This document shows, piece by piece, positions 1 to 10,969 of a stretch of 64,000 nucleotides of DNA. The notes beneath the pieces are model-generated. The model worked only from the letters and a program-made list of their open reading frames with translations. It was not told the DNA's origin and made no database searches. The first letter of the stretch is position 1. Every line of letters begins with the position of its first letter. This DNA comes from Candidatus Omnitrophota bacterium (GTDB lineage: Bacteria > Omnitrophota > Gorgyraeia > Duberdicusellales > 4484-171), in the NCBI GenBank assembly GCA_037146775.1, contig JBAWWL010000007.1, forward strand, positions 1,536 through 65,535, given 5' to 3'. The position numbers were made by a program, and so were the translations under genes.

Positions 1-923
<923 letters not shown>

Positions 924-1038
924 TCAGCCTTATTTTTCTATTGACGAATTAACGGATTAAAGAATTAACTAATTGAAGAATTATTTAATTCGATAGTCCG
1001 TTGGTTCGTTAATGTTTTAATCCTTTAATTGACATTTA

Positions 1039-1156
1039 TGGGGGTGCTCACACCGAAGGGGCCACACCCGTTCCCATTCCGAATACGGCCGTTAAGCCCT
1101 TCAGGGCCAATGGTACTGCCTTCGAAAGGAGGTGGGAGAGTAGGTCGGTGCCCCCT
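1039..1156 (+). rRNA. rrf: 5S rRNA
   Basis: CACCCGTTCCCATTCCGAATACGG, GGGAGAGTAGGTCG; terminal GGGGGTGC/GTGCCCCC helix; follows 23S. Confidence 0.96.
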
Positions 1157-1159
1157 TGT

Positions 1160-1187
1160 CTTTTTCTCCTTAAAAGGAGGAAAAAAC
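1160..1187 (+). terminator. Putative intrinsic terminator after rRNA operon
   Basis: TTTTTCTCCT-TAAA-AGGAGGAAAAAA hairpin directly after 5S. Confidence 0.55.
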
Positions 1188-1377
1188 AAATTGTCACCGC
1201 TAAAAGATTAGGCGGATAGTAACCAATCTCTCCGCCTGAGGCGAGCAAAGCGGCGGGCAAAGCGCAAACTTCAAAATTCCAAACAAGAAATTAGAATTCA
1301 AAAAACATCCGTTTATTTTACTGCCTCGGTGGTGACCTTTGTTGATTTTTCCTTTCTTTAGCATATAATATTTAAAT

Positions 1378-2046
1378 ATGAAATACGACGTATTGTTATG
1401 TTTGAGCGGAGGCAAAGACAGCTGTTCTCTTGCCTGTAAACTTAAAGAGAAAGGGCTTTCGATTTTGGCCTTTACCAACGACGTTGGTTTTATGAGTCCG
1501 GTAGCCCTGGAAAATATCAGGAAGCTGGTTGATGTACTGGAAATAGATCACCTTATGTTTAGGCCTAAACCAAGCGTGCATAAAAAAATTATTGACGAAT
1601 ATTTTTCTGACTCCCGGCAGAGCCTTGAAGATGTGTGTGGCCGTTGCGCCAGCTTGATGGCTCAGGCTGCCGCTTTTTTCGCGCGGGCCCACGGTATCAA
1701 CACTATCGTTTCAGGCTTTACCAAATACCATGCACAGGCCCTTCAGGCCGATAGAGGTATGCAGATATTACCTAAAATGGATATGGGAGGTATTACCGCG
1801 CTTAACCCTTATTGCAAATTTTATAACTTGAAAAAAATTGAACAGATGCTAAAAAAATTTGATATTGTTACCGATCCTACCCAGACTAACTGTAAATTTT
1901 TGCCTAAAATTATTGCCACCGATATAAAGCGTTTCGGCAAATGCTCAATGGAAGATGAGTTTAATTTGTTGCTTCAGGATAAGCAGATTACCCAGGAAGA
2001 ATACACCTATTACCGTAAATGGGTTACCAAGGAATTCAAACTTTAA
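1378..2046 (+). CDS. PP-loop (N-type ATP pyrophosphatase) family protein, similar to N-acetyl-sugar amidotransferases
   Basis: SGGKDS motif at N-terminus, CxxC (CGRC). Confidence 0.7.
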   Translation: MKYDVLLCLSGGKDSCSLACKLKEKGLSILAFTNDVGFMSPVALENIRKLVDVLEIDHLMFRPKPSVHKKIIDEYFSDSRQSLEDVCGRCASLMAQAAAFFARAHGINTIVSGFTKYHAQALQADRGMQILPKMDMGGITALNPYCKFYNLKKIEQMLKKFDIVTDPTQTNCKFLPKIIATDIKRFGKCSMEDEFNLLLQDKQITQEEYTYYRKWVTKEFKL

Positions 2047-2052
2047 GAAATT

Positions 2053-2916
2053 ATGCAACGAAAATTGTTGGTTTTCATTTGTTTCATGATTTTTGGTGTT
2101 GGTGTGGCGCGCGGCGAAATTATTCGGTTGAAAAACGGTAAAACTATTGAAGCGAGGATTACCGAAAGAAATGAGCGCTCGATTACGCTGGATATGTCAG
2201 GAGCTCCGCTCACTTATTATCTTTATGAGATCGATACTATCGATGGCGCGATACCGAAAGTATCTCTCCCGCAGCAGAAAATCGATCCCCAGCCATCACT
2301 GGTGGCTGTGCCGACAAAAGCGTCTTTAACTGCGCAGCAAATACAGGAAGCAGACGCGCACATGCAGAAAGGTTCGGACTATCTTAACGAACGTAAACAT
2401 CGGTTAGCGCTGGAGGAGTTTCAGAGCGCGGTTACTTTTAATCCTTATTTAGCCGATGGCTACTACAACATTGGTAATATTTATGCTTCTTCGCGCCAAT
2501 ACCCCGAGGCTATCGAAAATTATAAAAAAGCTATTGAGCTCAATCCTGTTTTCGAGAAGGCATATAGTAATCTTGGCCGTGTGTATATCTATAAGATGCA
2601 TCTTCATGAGGCAGCTATTTATTTGCAAAGGACCATTGAGCTTAATCCGCAGTCCGCTGAGGCGTACGATCAGCTTGGTCTTATTTACGTTCTTTCCGGA
2701 CAATATCAGCAAGCGCTTGATTATTATCAGAAGGTACTGCGGCTGGAGCCTAATTATCCCGATGTGTATTTTAAAATTGGCCTGACTTATTCTTCACTGG
2801 GAAAATATGCTAAGGCGCGCGAATATATCCAGAAAGCAAAACGTTTATTCCAGGCTCGCGGCGATATGATGAGCATAAAAGAAATGGACAAATATTTGAA
2901 GGAAATACCGCAATAG
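2053..2916 (+). CDS. Secreted TPR protein
   Basis: Signal peptide, LKNG N-terminal domain, about five TPR repeats. Confidence 0.9.
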   Translation: MQRKLLVFICFMIFGVGVARGEIIRLKNGKTIEARITERNERSITLDMSGAPLTYYLYEIDTIDGAIPKVSLPQQKIDPQPSLVAVPTKASLTAQQIQEADAHMQKGSDYLNERKHRLALEEFQSAVTFNPYLADGYYNIGNIYASSRQYPEAIENYKKAIELNPVFEKAYSNLGRVYIYKMHLHEAAIYLQRTIELNPQSAEAYDQLGLIYVLSGQYQQALDYYQKVLRLEPNYPDVYFKIGLTYSSLGKYAKAREYIQKAKRLFQARGDMMSIKEMDKYLKEIPQ

Positions 2917-2940
2917 CAATTGCATGTAGCAGGAGAAAAC

Positions 2941-3414
2941 ATGGAAAGAACATATTTAACACAGGAAGGCTATGATAAGTTGGTTCATGAACTTGAGTAT
3001 TTAAAAAATGTAAAACGCAAAGAAATATCAAGCGCGATTGAACACGCGCGTTTGCTCGGTGATTTGCGAGAGAACGCCGAATATAGTGCGGCCAAGGAGG
3101 CCTGTGCGTTTAATGAAAAACGTATTCGTGAGTTAGAAGATAAGATGAGCAGAGCGGAAATTATCGAACATATTGGTAAAGCCGCGGAAGGTGTTTATCT
3201 TGGCTCAAAAGTAACATTACTTGACGTTGAGACAAATGAAAGAATAGAGTATATGTTGGTCGGTCCGGATGAATCAAATCCTTCGGAAGGGTTTATTTCC
3301 GTAGCTTCCCCGGTGGGTAAGGCGTTATTGGGACACCAGGAGAATGATATAATCGAGATAACGATCCCCAGCGGTTTGCTAAAATATAAAATAGTGGGTA
3401 TATCATCCCGGTAA
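2941..3414 (+). CDS. greA: Transcription elongation factor GreA
   Basis: GDLRENAEY and ISVASPVGKALLG motifs; ATG 2941 with AGGAG RBS. Confidence 0.97.
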   Translation: MERTYLTQEGYDKLVHELEYLKNVKRKEISSAIEHARLLGDLRENAEYSAAKEACAFNEKRIRELEDKMSRAEIIEHIGKAAEGVYLGSKVTLLDVETNERIEYMLVGPDESNPSEGFISVASPVGKALLGHQENDIIEITIPSGLLKYKIVGISSR

Positions 3415-3485
3415 TGGCGGGATTATTGCTTGTCGGTGATAAAATTTCTTGCTTTTCTCGTTAAATATATATAAAATAAATTCAT

Positions 3486-4544
3486 ATGTTAAAAATCGTA
3501 ACCTTATTCATGGCAGTAATGTTTTTCTTGTATCCTTCCGTATTCGGCGAAAATATCAAATTAAAGAATGGCCAAACTGTTGACGCAAAGATTATTGAAA
3601 AAACAGACCGATATCTCAAGGTCGATATTGCCGGTATCCCAGTTACCTATTATTTAAACGAAATTGAATCCGTTGATGGAGTTGCAACCGGTGTTACTCC
3701 CCAGCAAGATGTAACCAAACCCCTGGAAACTCCGGCGGCGGAAAAAATTCCTTCTGATGCCACCAGCGTGTCGTCTACGGCACAGGATGATTTTCAGAAA
3801 GGCGTAGACTATCTCAACAATCGACAATACCCCGAGGCAGTCGCGGCATTCCAGAAGGCTGCACAGGCTAATCCCCGCGATGAGAAAACGTACTATAATC
3901 TTGGGTGCACTTACGATGCCATGGGCCAATACCCGCAGGCGGTTGATTTTTATAAAAAAGCCCTTGAAGTAAACGGTAACTATGTCGATGCTTATAACAA
4001 TCTTGGCGCCGACTATCATTCGTTAGGCAAGTATAAAGACGCGATCGAGTCGTATCAAAAAGCTATCCAGGTAAATCCTAATTTTAGCGAAGCGTATTCT
4101 AATATCGGAGCCGAATATATTTGTTTAGGCCAATATAAAGAGGCAATACCGTTTTTAGAAAAGGCTGTGCAAAAGAATCCTAAAAGCTCCGCGATCTACA
4201 ATAATCTTGGCGCGGCATATCGTTTTCTGGGGCAGCATCAGCAAGCTATAGATTATTATGAGAAGTCATTGAAACTTGAACCTTCTATTACTACCTATTA
4301 CGGTTTAGGGGCAAGTTACTATTATTTAAATAAACACAAAGAAGCGGTTGATTCTTTTAAGAAGGTTACGGAGCTTGATCCGAAGTACGCCGAGGCTTAC
4401 AGCGGTATGGGGCTTGCGTATGCCGGATTGAATAAAAAACAAGAAGCTATTCAGAATCTTACTAAAGCTAAGGAATTGTTTCAGGCTAAAGGCGACTCGC
4501 AAAGCGTTTCCCAAATCGAATCTTACTTGAAGAAATTACAATAA
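3486..4544 (+). CDS. Secreted TPR protein, paralog of 2053..2916
   Basis: Signal peptide, same LKNG domain, about seven TPRs, similar C-terminal helix. Confidence 0.9.
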   Translation: MLKIVTLFMAVMFFLYPSVFGENIKLKNGQTVDAKIIEKTDRYLKVDIAGIPVTYYLNEIESVDGVATGVTPQQDVTKPLETPAAEKIPSDATSVSSTAQDDFQKGVDYLNNRQYPEAVAAFQKAAQANPRDEKTYYNLGCTYDAMGQYPQAVDFYKKALEVNGNYVDAYNNLGADYHSLGKYKDAIESYQKAIQVNPNFSEAYSNIGAEYICLGQYKEAIPFLEKAVQKNPKSSAIYNNLGAAYRFLGQHQQAIDYYEKSLKLEPSITTYYGLGASYYYLNKHKEAVDSFKKVTELDPKYAEAYSGMGLAYAGLNKKQEAIQNLTKAKELFQAKGDSQSVSQIESYLKKLQ

Positions 4545-4605
4545 AACTTCTTTTATCATTCGTTTCTTCCTCAGGTTTTATATTCGAACAAGGAGAGGTG
4601 AAGCT

Positions 4606-5022
4606 ATGGATAAAAAAATAATGTTATTTTTCTCAGCGTCATTTTTGGTTTTTTCTTTTCCTGCTTTTTCTCAGTTGGTTGACGATTCCGACTTTAATAT
4701 CCAGCATCAATATATTGGCAAATCGCAAAAAGAAACAGACGCTTTAAAAAAAGTGCATAATGGTATGGAGTACCTTAGTAAGGGGAAATATGACGATGCG
4801 ATAGTTGAGTTTAACAAAGCAATAGAAATTAATTCCAACTGCGCTGAAGCCTATTGTAAGAAGGGGATTGCTTATGTAAAGAAAGGCAATCGCCAAGAAG
4901 CCGCTTATAATCTTAAAAAAGCACTTATTATCGCTCCTCATTATTCCGAAGCCTTATCTGCCCTCTCTGATATGGGGTATGTTGAAGGGCTTAAAAGTGA
5001 TATATCCTCGGGTAATAAGTAG
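4606..5022 (+). CDS. Small secreted TPR protein
   Basis: Signal peptide and two TPR-like repeats. Confidence 0.8.
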   Translation: MDKKIMLFFSASFLVFSFPAFSQLVDDSDFNIQHQYIGKSQKETDALKKVHNGMEYLSKGKYDDAIVEFNKAIEINSNCAEAYCKKGIAYVKKGNRQEAAYNLKKALIIAPHYSEALSALSDMGYVEGLKSDISSGNK

Positions 5023-5128
5023 AGAGTTGTTCTGTGGATTAGTATTATTCCTGTAGTCCTTTTGCCTCTCCCTGCCATTAACCCCCTTACTATTTTTAGA
5101 GATAAGTGATATAATCAAAAAATAATAT

Positions 5129-6112
5129 ATGAAAAATACTATTATTTCGGTAGCTATTTTAATGGCACTTTTATTTCCACTAACCGTTAAGAGTGTTGTA
5201 AAAAAATACCCCGGTAAGAAAATACTCCTTATAAATTCTTATCATCAAGGATATTTTTGGAGCGATGGAGAACAGGAAGGGGTTGTAAAAACACTGGCCA
5301 ATACCGGCATACAACTTACGATCATATATATGGATACCAAGAATAATCCTTCGAATGAGTTTTGTAAGGAGGCGGGCCTTAAGGCAAAAAAGGCGATCGA
5401 AGAGTTTAAGCCCGATGTGGTAATTACCGGCGACGATAATGCTTTTCAATACGTCATTATGCCGTATTATCGCAACGCCCAGCTGCCGGTTGTATTTTAC
5501 GGTATTAACTGGGATATAACTGTTTATGGCGCACCTTACAAGAATACTACCGGGATGATTGAGATAAGTTTAGTTGAGTCTAATTCCAATCATTTAAAAA
5601 AGTTTGCCAAAGGTAACAAGCTCGGTGTTCTTGGTTTTGATTCGCTTGGTGAACGTGATACCGCCGCATATATTGGCCGATATTTTAAGGGCGAAGTGGT
5701 CTGTATGGAATTTGTAAAAGATTTCCAGTCCTGGAAGCAGAAATTTCTCGAGATTCAAAATAAAGCCGATATGATTTACATCACTTCTCCCGATGGAATC
5801 AAGAATTGGGATATAAAAGAGGCTGAGAAGTTTGTTTTGGAGAATGTGCGTATTCCGACTTGCGCGGATACGGGTCCGGCCTTAGCCACCTTAGCTTTGC
5901 TTGCAGTAATGAAGGTTCCTCAGGAAGAAGGCGAATATGCGGCCTTTACGGCTTTGCGTATCCTTGATGGCGAGAAGCCGTCCAGTATACCGATCGTCAC
6001 CAATAAGAGGGGTGATTTGTACTTGAATTTAAAAATTGCGGAAAAATTAAACGCGGTATTTCCGCCGTCAATGCTTCGAAGCGCTAAAATGATTGTTGAT
6101 AAGGATGGGTAA
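5129..6112 (+). CDS. ABC-type substrate-binding / periplasmic sensor protein
   Basis: ILLINSYHQGY, MDTK, DDNA, GEYAA..ALRILDGEKPSSIP motifs of ABC_sub_bind-like family. Confidence 0.8.
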   Translation: MKNTIISVAILMALLFPLTVKSVVKKYPGKKILLINSYHQGYFWSDGEQEGVVKTLANTGIQLTIIYMDTKNNPSNEFCKEAGLKAKKAIEEFKPDVVITGDDNAFQYVIMPYYRNAQLPVVFYGINWDITVYGAPYKNTTGMIEISLVESNSNHLKKFAKGNKLGVLGFDSLGERDTAAYIGRYFKGEVVCMEFVKDFQSWKQKFLEIQNKADMIYITSPDGIKNWDIKEAEKFVLENVRIPTCADTGPALATLALLAVMKVPQEEGEYAAFTALRILDGEKPSSIPIVTNKRGDLYLNLKIAEKLNAVFPPSMLRSAKMIVDKDG

Positions 6113-6391
6113 GTATTTTTTTATTCTCCTTTGCCGAATAACCAGTGTGTATTACGGGGGTATTCTTTTTTACAAAAGTGTCGCAGAAATCTCTTCGAAG
6201 TTTTGCCTGTAGTCAAGAAAGAGCGTGGCAAAGGAGGATATCCGGGTATCCGTTTTGCCTTTGCGAAGATTTCTGTGAAACTTTTTTGAGGGATGTCTTA
6301 GAGGAATGAATCGGGCACTCCCCGTGGCTTGCGGGCCGCGAGAGTACGTGAAATTTATTGATTTAATCGAGAATATACGCGAGTACGCATT

Positions 6392-6718
6392 ATGACACTA
6401 GAAGAAATTCTTAAGGCATGCAAGGATCTGAGTATCTGCGAGGAGCGGTCTATGGGGGGAGAATATTGTGAATTGGTTTTTCTCAATAAAGAAATTGATA
6501 GATGGAATAAGATTTTTAATGGTATTTTTGGGCCTGCGATAAAACCAAAAGGATCAAAGCCCACCAAAGCAGACCTTCTCTTGACGGATGAACATGGCGG
6601 AATCTCCGACAATCAGACGTTGTTTCAGAGAGACTTCGGCAAAGAAATGATTTTTGCAATGTTTTGGCCATGGCAAGATGGTATCAACGTTACCTTAAAA
6701 ATAGTTCTCGTGAGGTGA
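6392..6718 (+). CDS. Hypothetical protein
   Basis: 108-aa ORF with plausible composition, ending AMFWPWQDG. Confidence 0.65.
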   Translation: MTLEEILKACKDLSICEERSMGGEYCELVFLNKEIDRWNKIFNGIFGPAIKPKGSKPTKADLLLTDEHGGISDNQTLFQRDFGKEMIFAMFWPWQDGINVTLKIVLVR

Positions 6719-6806
6719 TAGAGTTCTTTTTGGCAAGAGATTGCATTTGTTTATGAAGGCGATTTGCCATGCCTGTTAGCACGTTCATTTTTAGAGCGCA
6801 AACTCT

Positions 6807-6835
6807 TTACCTTTTTGTCGGGGTGGTGGTATAAT
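6807..6835 (+). promoter_or_regulatory. Extended -10 sigma70-type promoter
   Basis: TTACCT-N17-TATAAT with TG extension; same pattern at 9045 and 12328. Confidence 0.55.
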
Positions 6836-6906
6836 TATTTCGAAGTTTAAGAGTTAACGTGAAGTTATGGAAAATCCGGATTCCCAATCTTTATTATAGG
6901 TAGAAA

Positions 6907-8874
6907 ATGAAAAAGTTCAAAAAAACTAAAGCAAAAAATAAGTCACCAGGCTCCCGTAATGATAGTTTTATGCGCTCACACGAGCTGTTAAATGATTTGA
7001 TGCGTCTTATCCCCGATGTGATCTATTTTAAAGATAAGCATGGCAGGCTTGTCCTGGTGAATGAGGCCCACGCCAGAGGCCTAGGCCTTACGCCACAGCA
7101 GGTGATTGGTAAAACAGATTTTGATATTTTTCCCAAAGACAGGGCTAAGAAAATGTGGGACGATGACTTGCGCGTAATAAAGAGCGGCAAGCCTATTATT
7201 GATAAAATTGAACGAGCTACGCGCGCAGATGGAGCAGATAACTATGTTTCTACCACAAAGATACCGCGCTACGACGCTAAGGGCAATGTCATAGGCCTGA
7301 TTGGTATCACCAGAGATATTACAAAACGTATTCATCTTGAACAGTTAACGGAGCAAAGGCTGCATATTGAGAAAAAATTCAAGGCCCTGGAAGACCTGCA
7401 TAAGATCAAGTCGGAATTCATATCGGTTATATCGCATGAGCTCAGGACTCCGCTGGCGATTGTTCAAGACGCAGTTCTTCTTATATCTGAAGGTTTGGCC
7501 GGGCCAACCACCGAGAAACAGAGAGAATTGATTGCCAAAGCAAAAAATAATATTGAACGTTTGAAAAAGATGATAGATGAATTACTGGATTTGTCGCGGA
7601 TAGAAAATAGCCAGTTCAAATTGCAATATTCGCTAGTGAATTTTAATGATTTACTGCAAGATTCTTCGGAATTCTTTCGGAAATTAGCGCACGATAAAAA
7701 CATCACTCTGGAGTATGGCTTTCCGGAAAAACAGGTAAATATATTTTTGGATTATGAAAGGATAAACCAAGTCGTGTCAAATTTGATTACCAACGCGATA
7801 AAGTATACCGAGCCTGCCGGGACGATCAAGGTTGATCTAAGAATTCTTGAAAATAGAGTAAGGGTGGGCGTTATAGATACGGGTGTGGGAATCTCCAAGG
7901 AAGACCTCCCGAAGTTATTCAACAGATTTATGCAATTGGGCACGGTGCGTGAAGTTGACAGGAAAGGCGTGGGGTTGGGTTTATCTATCGTAAAACATCT
8001 CGTCGAGAAACATGGAGGGGAGATCTGGGCTGAGTCAAAATTGGGAGTGGGCAGTAAATTCTATTTTACCGTACCCAGATTTTATACTACCAGTGTATTG
8101 GAAAGCGATGTGAGAATGCGAATAGACCAGCTCCTGGAAAAGGATATATCGGTATATTTGCTTAATGCTTTAATCGTAAATTATGCGCTTTTTAAAAAGA
8201 GGATCAAGATAGAACCAAAGAAATTATTTAATGATCTTATCGTGATTTTGGGGGAATATTTGAAAGAGCGGGTTCAGGCAAAAACAGAGAAACCTCAGAT
8301 GATCTTCGGCAATGCAAGGTATGGAGAATTTAGCGTTCTTTATCCTGAGGCGACAGAAGAGGAAGCCGAAAAAGTTTGCAGGGATATCAAGGGTAAAATT
8401 CAGCAGTATCTCACAGATAACCAAATAGAGAATGTATTTATTAATATGGGAGTTATGTCTTATTCCGCGGAGAGCCAGCTTAAAACCACCCAACAGCTTC
8501 TTGCTAATCTCTATATGAAAAGGGTATACATTGGTTCAAATGTAAGGCGCCACCAGAGGATTGCCTATAAAGCTAACTTTGATATCCTTTCATCCAAGGG
8601 GGTAAGTGAATCGTTACATACGGTAGATATATCCGAAGGAGGATTGTGTTTTATTAGCCGCGATCCCCTAAGAACAGATTCCGAGGCAGAGGTAAGATTG
8701 AAGTTGCCCGGGAATTTGACTTTTCTTCTTAAGGGCAGAGTCGCCTGGATGAAGCCGCTGGAAGACTTGGCTAGCCCCGATACCTATACCTATAAAATCG
8801 GCATAGAGTTTATGAACCTGAAAGCCAAAGATAGAAAGAATCTGCGTAAGTTTATTACATCCATACCTTCCTAG
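6907..8874 (+). CDS. PAS-HisKA-HATPase sensor kinase with C-terminal degenerate GGDEF-like and PilZ domains
   Basis: PAS (IYFKD..GKTDFD), SHELRTPL H-box, N/G boxes, RRHQR and DISEGG PilZ motifs. Confidence 0.9.
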   Translation: MKKFKKTKAKNKSPGSRNDSFMRSHELLNDLMRLIPDVIYFKDKHGRLVLVNEAHARGLGLTPQQVIGKTDFDIFPKDRAKKMWDDDLRVIKSGKPIIDKIERATRADGADNYVSTTKIPRYDAKGNVIGLIGITRDITKRIHLEQLTEQRLHIEKKFKALEDLHKIKSEFISVISHELRTPLAIVQDAVLLISEGLAGPTTEKQRELIAKAKNNIERLKKMIDELLDLSRIENSQFKLQYSLVNFNDLLQDSSEFFRKLAHDKNITLEYGFPEKQVNIFLDYERINQVVSNLITNAIKYTEPAGTIKVDLRILENRVRVGVIDTGVGISKEDLPKLFNRFMQLGTVREVDRKGVGLGLSIVKHLVEKHGGEIWAESKLGVGSKFYFTVPRFYTTSVLESDVRMRIDQLLEKDISVYLLNALIVNYALFKKRIKIEPKKLFNDLIVILGEYLKERVQAKTEKPQMIFGNARYGEFSVLYPEATEEEAEKVCRDIKGKIQQYLTDNQIENVFINMGVMSYSAESQLKTTQQLLANLYMKRVYIGSNVRRHQRIAYKANFDILSSKGVSESLHTVDISEGGLCFISRDPLRTDSEAEVRLKLPGNLTFLLKGRVAWMKPLEDLASPDTYTYKIGIEFMNLKAKDRKNLRKFITSIPS

Positions 8875-9044
8875 AATCGAGCAATTCCGGTCATTTTGTT
8901 TCTGTCAACACAATATAATTTTTGAGCCCGAGACAGCAGCAAGGTACTCTAGTTTTAGTATACCGTTGCATCATGAAGGCGGTATATCCACGGCATCTTT
9001 CTGGGTATTTTTTGTGATCCTTTAGATTTGATCCGGAAAATCGC

Positions 9045-9073
9045 TTACCATTTTGAAAGGGGGGTGGTATAAT
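9045..9073 (+). promoter_or_regulatory. Extended -10 sigma70-type promoter
   Basis: TTACCA-N17-TATAAT with G-run and TG in spacer. Confidence 0.55.
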
Positions 9074-9191
9074 TAAAAACAAGTTTGATTTGGCATAAAA
9101 TAGTGTCAGCAGAAATTTTTATAGACACTGGAAATTAAATAGTGAGGAGCCAGGTTTTTAAACCAAAACCTTGGATGGTCGGTGAATTAAG

Positions 9192-9464
9192 ATGATTTAT
9201 GCGCAAGCTCTGAAATATCAAAAAGTAGCTTTGTATGCAGGGTTAATTTTTGTTGGCGGGTTTCTTATCGTTGGAGCACTGCACCAGCGGTATACTGGCC
9301 AAACTTACGGTGAGGAAGGTAAGCCTGGAAGGGGCTATCACGTAGTAAGACGGCAGGAAATGCCGGTATATTTCGAATTTTTATTTTTTGTACGCTTAAT
9401 TCTGGGTATAATTTTATTGTTGTTGGGTTTGTATATGTGCGGACAGAAAACGGTTACTTTTTAA
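9192..9464 (+). CDS. Small membrane protein
   Basis: Two hydrophobic segments, downstream of promoter motif. Confidence 0.6.
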   Translation: MIYAQALKYQKVALYAGLIFVGGFLIVGALHQRYTGQTYGEEGKPGRGYHVVRRQEMPVYFEFLFFVRLILGIILLLLGLYMCGQKTVTF

Positions 9465-9562
9465 TAAGTAGATATTCGTTATGGCCGTCAATGATGAGTT
9501 TTTAATCTAAGATTGTTGAAGTTTGCGGCCCCGGAAGGTGTTTTCTGCTAGTGAGAGGTAAA

Positions 9563-10867
9563 ATGAAGGATAATTGTTATATTCTGGGTGCGGGTGTTAC
9601 CGGCCTTGCCGCAGGTATCGCAACTAAATGGCCGATTTTTGAAACCGCAGACAGGGCTGGGGGGATATGCGCCTCGTATTATATACGGCCTGGTACAACA
9701 AAACGTTTAGCATGTTTTCCTCCGGACGAAGAAGCTTATCGGTTCGAGGTAGGCGGTGGACATTGGATTTTTGGAGCCGATTCTGCCACTAAGACGGTTT
9801 TGAATAAGTTTAGCCGGATGAAAGCGTATCGTAGAGCATCTTCCATATTTTTTCCGGATAGAAAAACAAGCGTTCCTTACCCCATACAAAACAATTTACG
9901 CTTTTTTAGCAAGAAAATAATTGCTAAAGTTTTAAAAGAGATATCTGGGTCGGGTAACCAAAAAAATAGAACCATGAAAGAATGGCTGGTTTCAAATTTT
10001 GGTGCCACATTAAGCAGTCTATTCTTTTACCCATTTCACGACTTATATACGGCTGGCTTGTATGACAGGATTGCCCCCCAAGATAGTTTTAAATCCCCGG
10101 TTGATATGGGGCTTATTAAAAAAGGTGCTCGCACAACGAACGCGCCGATTGGATATAACGCGAACTTTCTATATCCTTGTGAGGGGCTCGATTTTCTTAT
10201 TCGGCGAATGGCAAAGGAATGTCGCATTAGTTATTTTAAGAACGTCGAAGGGATCGACGTAGAAGCCCGCGAAATATATTTTTCCGATAAATCTACGGTT
10301 AAATATAAAAAACTGATATCCACGCTTTCCCTTGATGTGATGATCGGGCTTACAGGGTTAAAGCCAAGTGTTAAAGCCGATCCACATACTTCAGTGCTAG
10401 TTATGAATATCGGGGCAGTAAAAGGCAAAAATTGTCCGAAGGATCACTGGCTTTATGTCCCCGAAACGAGCTCCGGATTTCATAGGGTTGGTCTCTACAG
10501 TAACGTTGATGCGTCGTTTCTTCCTAAAACTTTCCGTAAATCGGGTACGCGGGTTGGTATGTATATCGAGCGAAGCTATAAGGCGGGGCAGAGGCCATCG
10601 AAACGCGCAGTAGAACAATATGTAAATTGCGTGATCAAAGAACTACAAAGCTGGGAATTTATACGGGAAGTCGACGTCGTCGATACCACATGGGTAGATG
10701 TTGCATATACGTGGAGTTGGCCGCAGTCTCAATGGAAAACAGAAGCCTTGAGGTTATTGCGCGAAAAAAATATTTACCAGATAGGTAGATACGGTGCTTG
10801 GAAATTCCAGGGAATCGCAGAGTCTGTGCAGCAGGGATTAGCAGCTAGGGCATTCGTTGATTGTTAA
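9563..10867 (+). CDS. FAD-dependent oxidoreductase (protoporphyrinogen oxidase / UDP-galactopyranose mutase-like)
   Basis: GAGVTGL Rossmann motif, GGIC, GGHWIF, C-terminal GRYGAW. Confidence 0.85.
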   Translation: MKDNCYILGAGVTGLAAGIATKWPIFETADRAGGICASYYIRPGTTKRLACFPPDEEAYRFEVGGGHWIFGADSATKTVLNKFSRMKAYRRASSIFFPDRKTSVPYPIQNNLRFFSKKIIAKVLKEISGSGNQKNRTMKEWLVSNFGATLSSLFFYPFHDLYTAGLYDRIAPQDSFKSPVDMGLIKKGARTTNAPIGYNANFLYPCEGLDFLIRRMAKECRISYFKNVEGIDVEAREIYFSDKSTVKYKKLISTLSLDVMIGLTGLKPSVKADPHTSVLVMNIGAVKGKNCPKDHWLYVPETSSGFHRVGLYSNVDASFLPKTFRKSGTRVGMYIERSYKAGQRPSKRAVEQYVNCVIKELQSWEFIREVDVVDTTWVDVAYTWSWPQSQWKTEALRLLREKNIYQIGRYGAWKFQGIAESVQQGLAARAFVDC

Positions 10868-10969
10868 AAGAGGAACGGGTTGCTCGTGGGCGCGCGTTTC
10901 TTTTGCATTTTAGCATGCAGCGGTTAAATATGTTGGTGTGAAGGGTGGTATACGTCCTTTGAGGCATAC

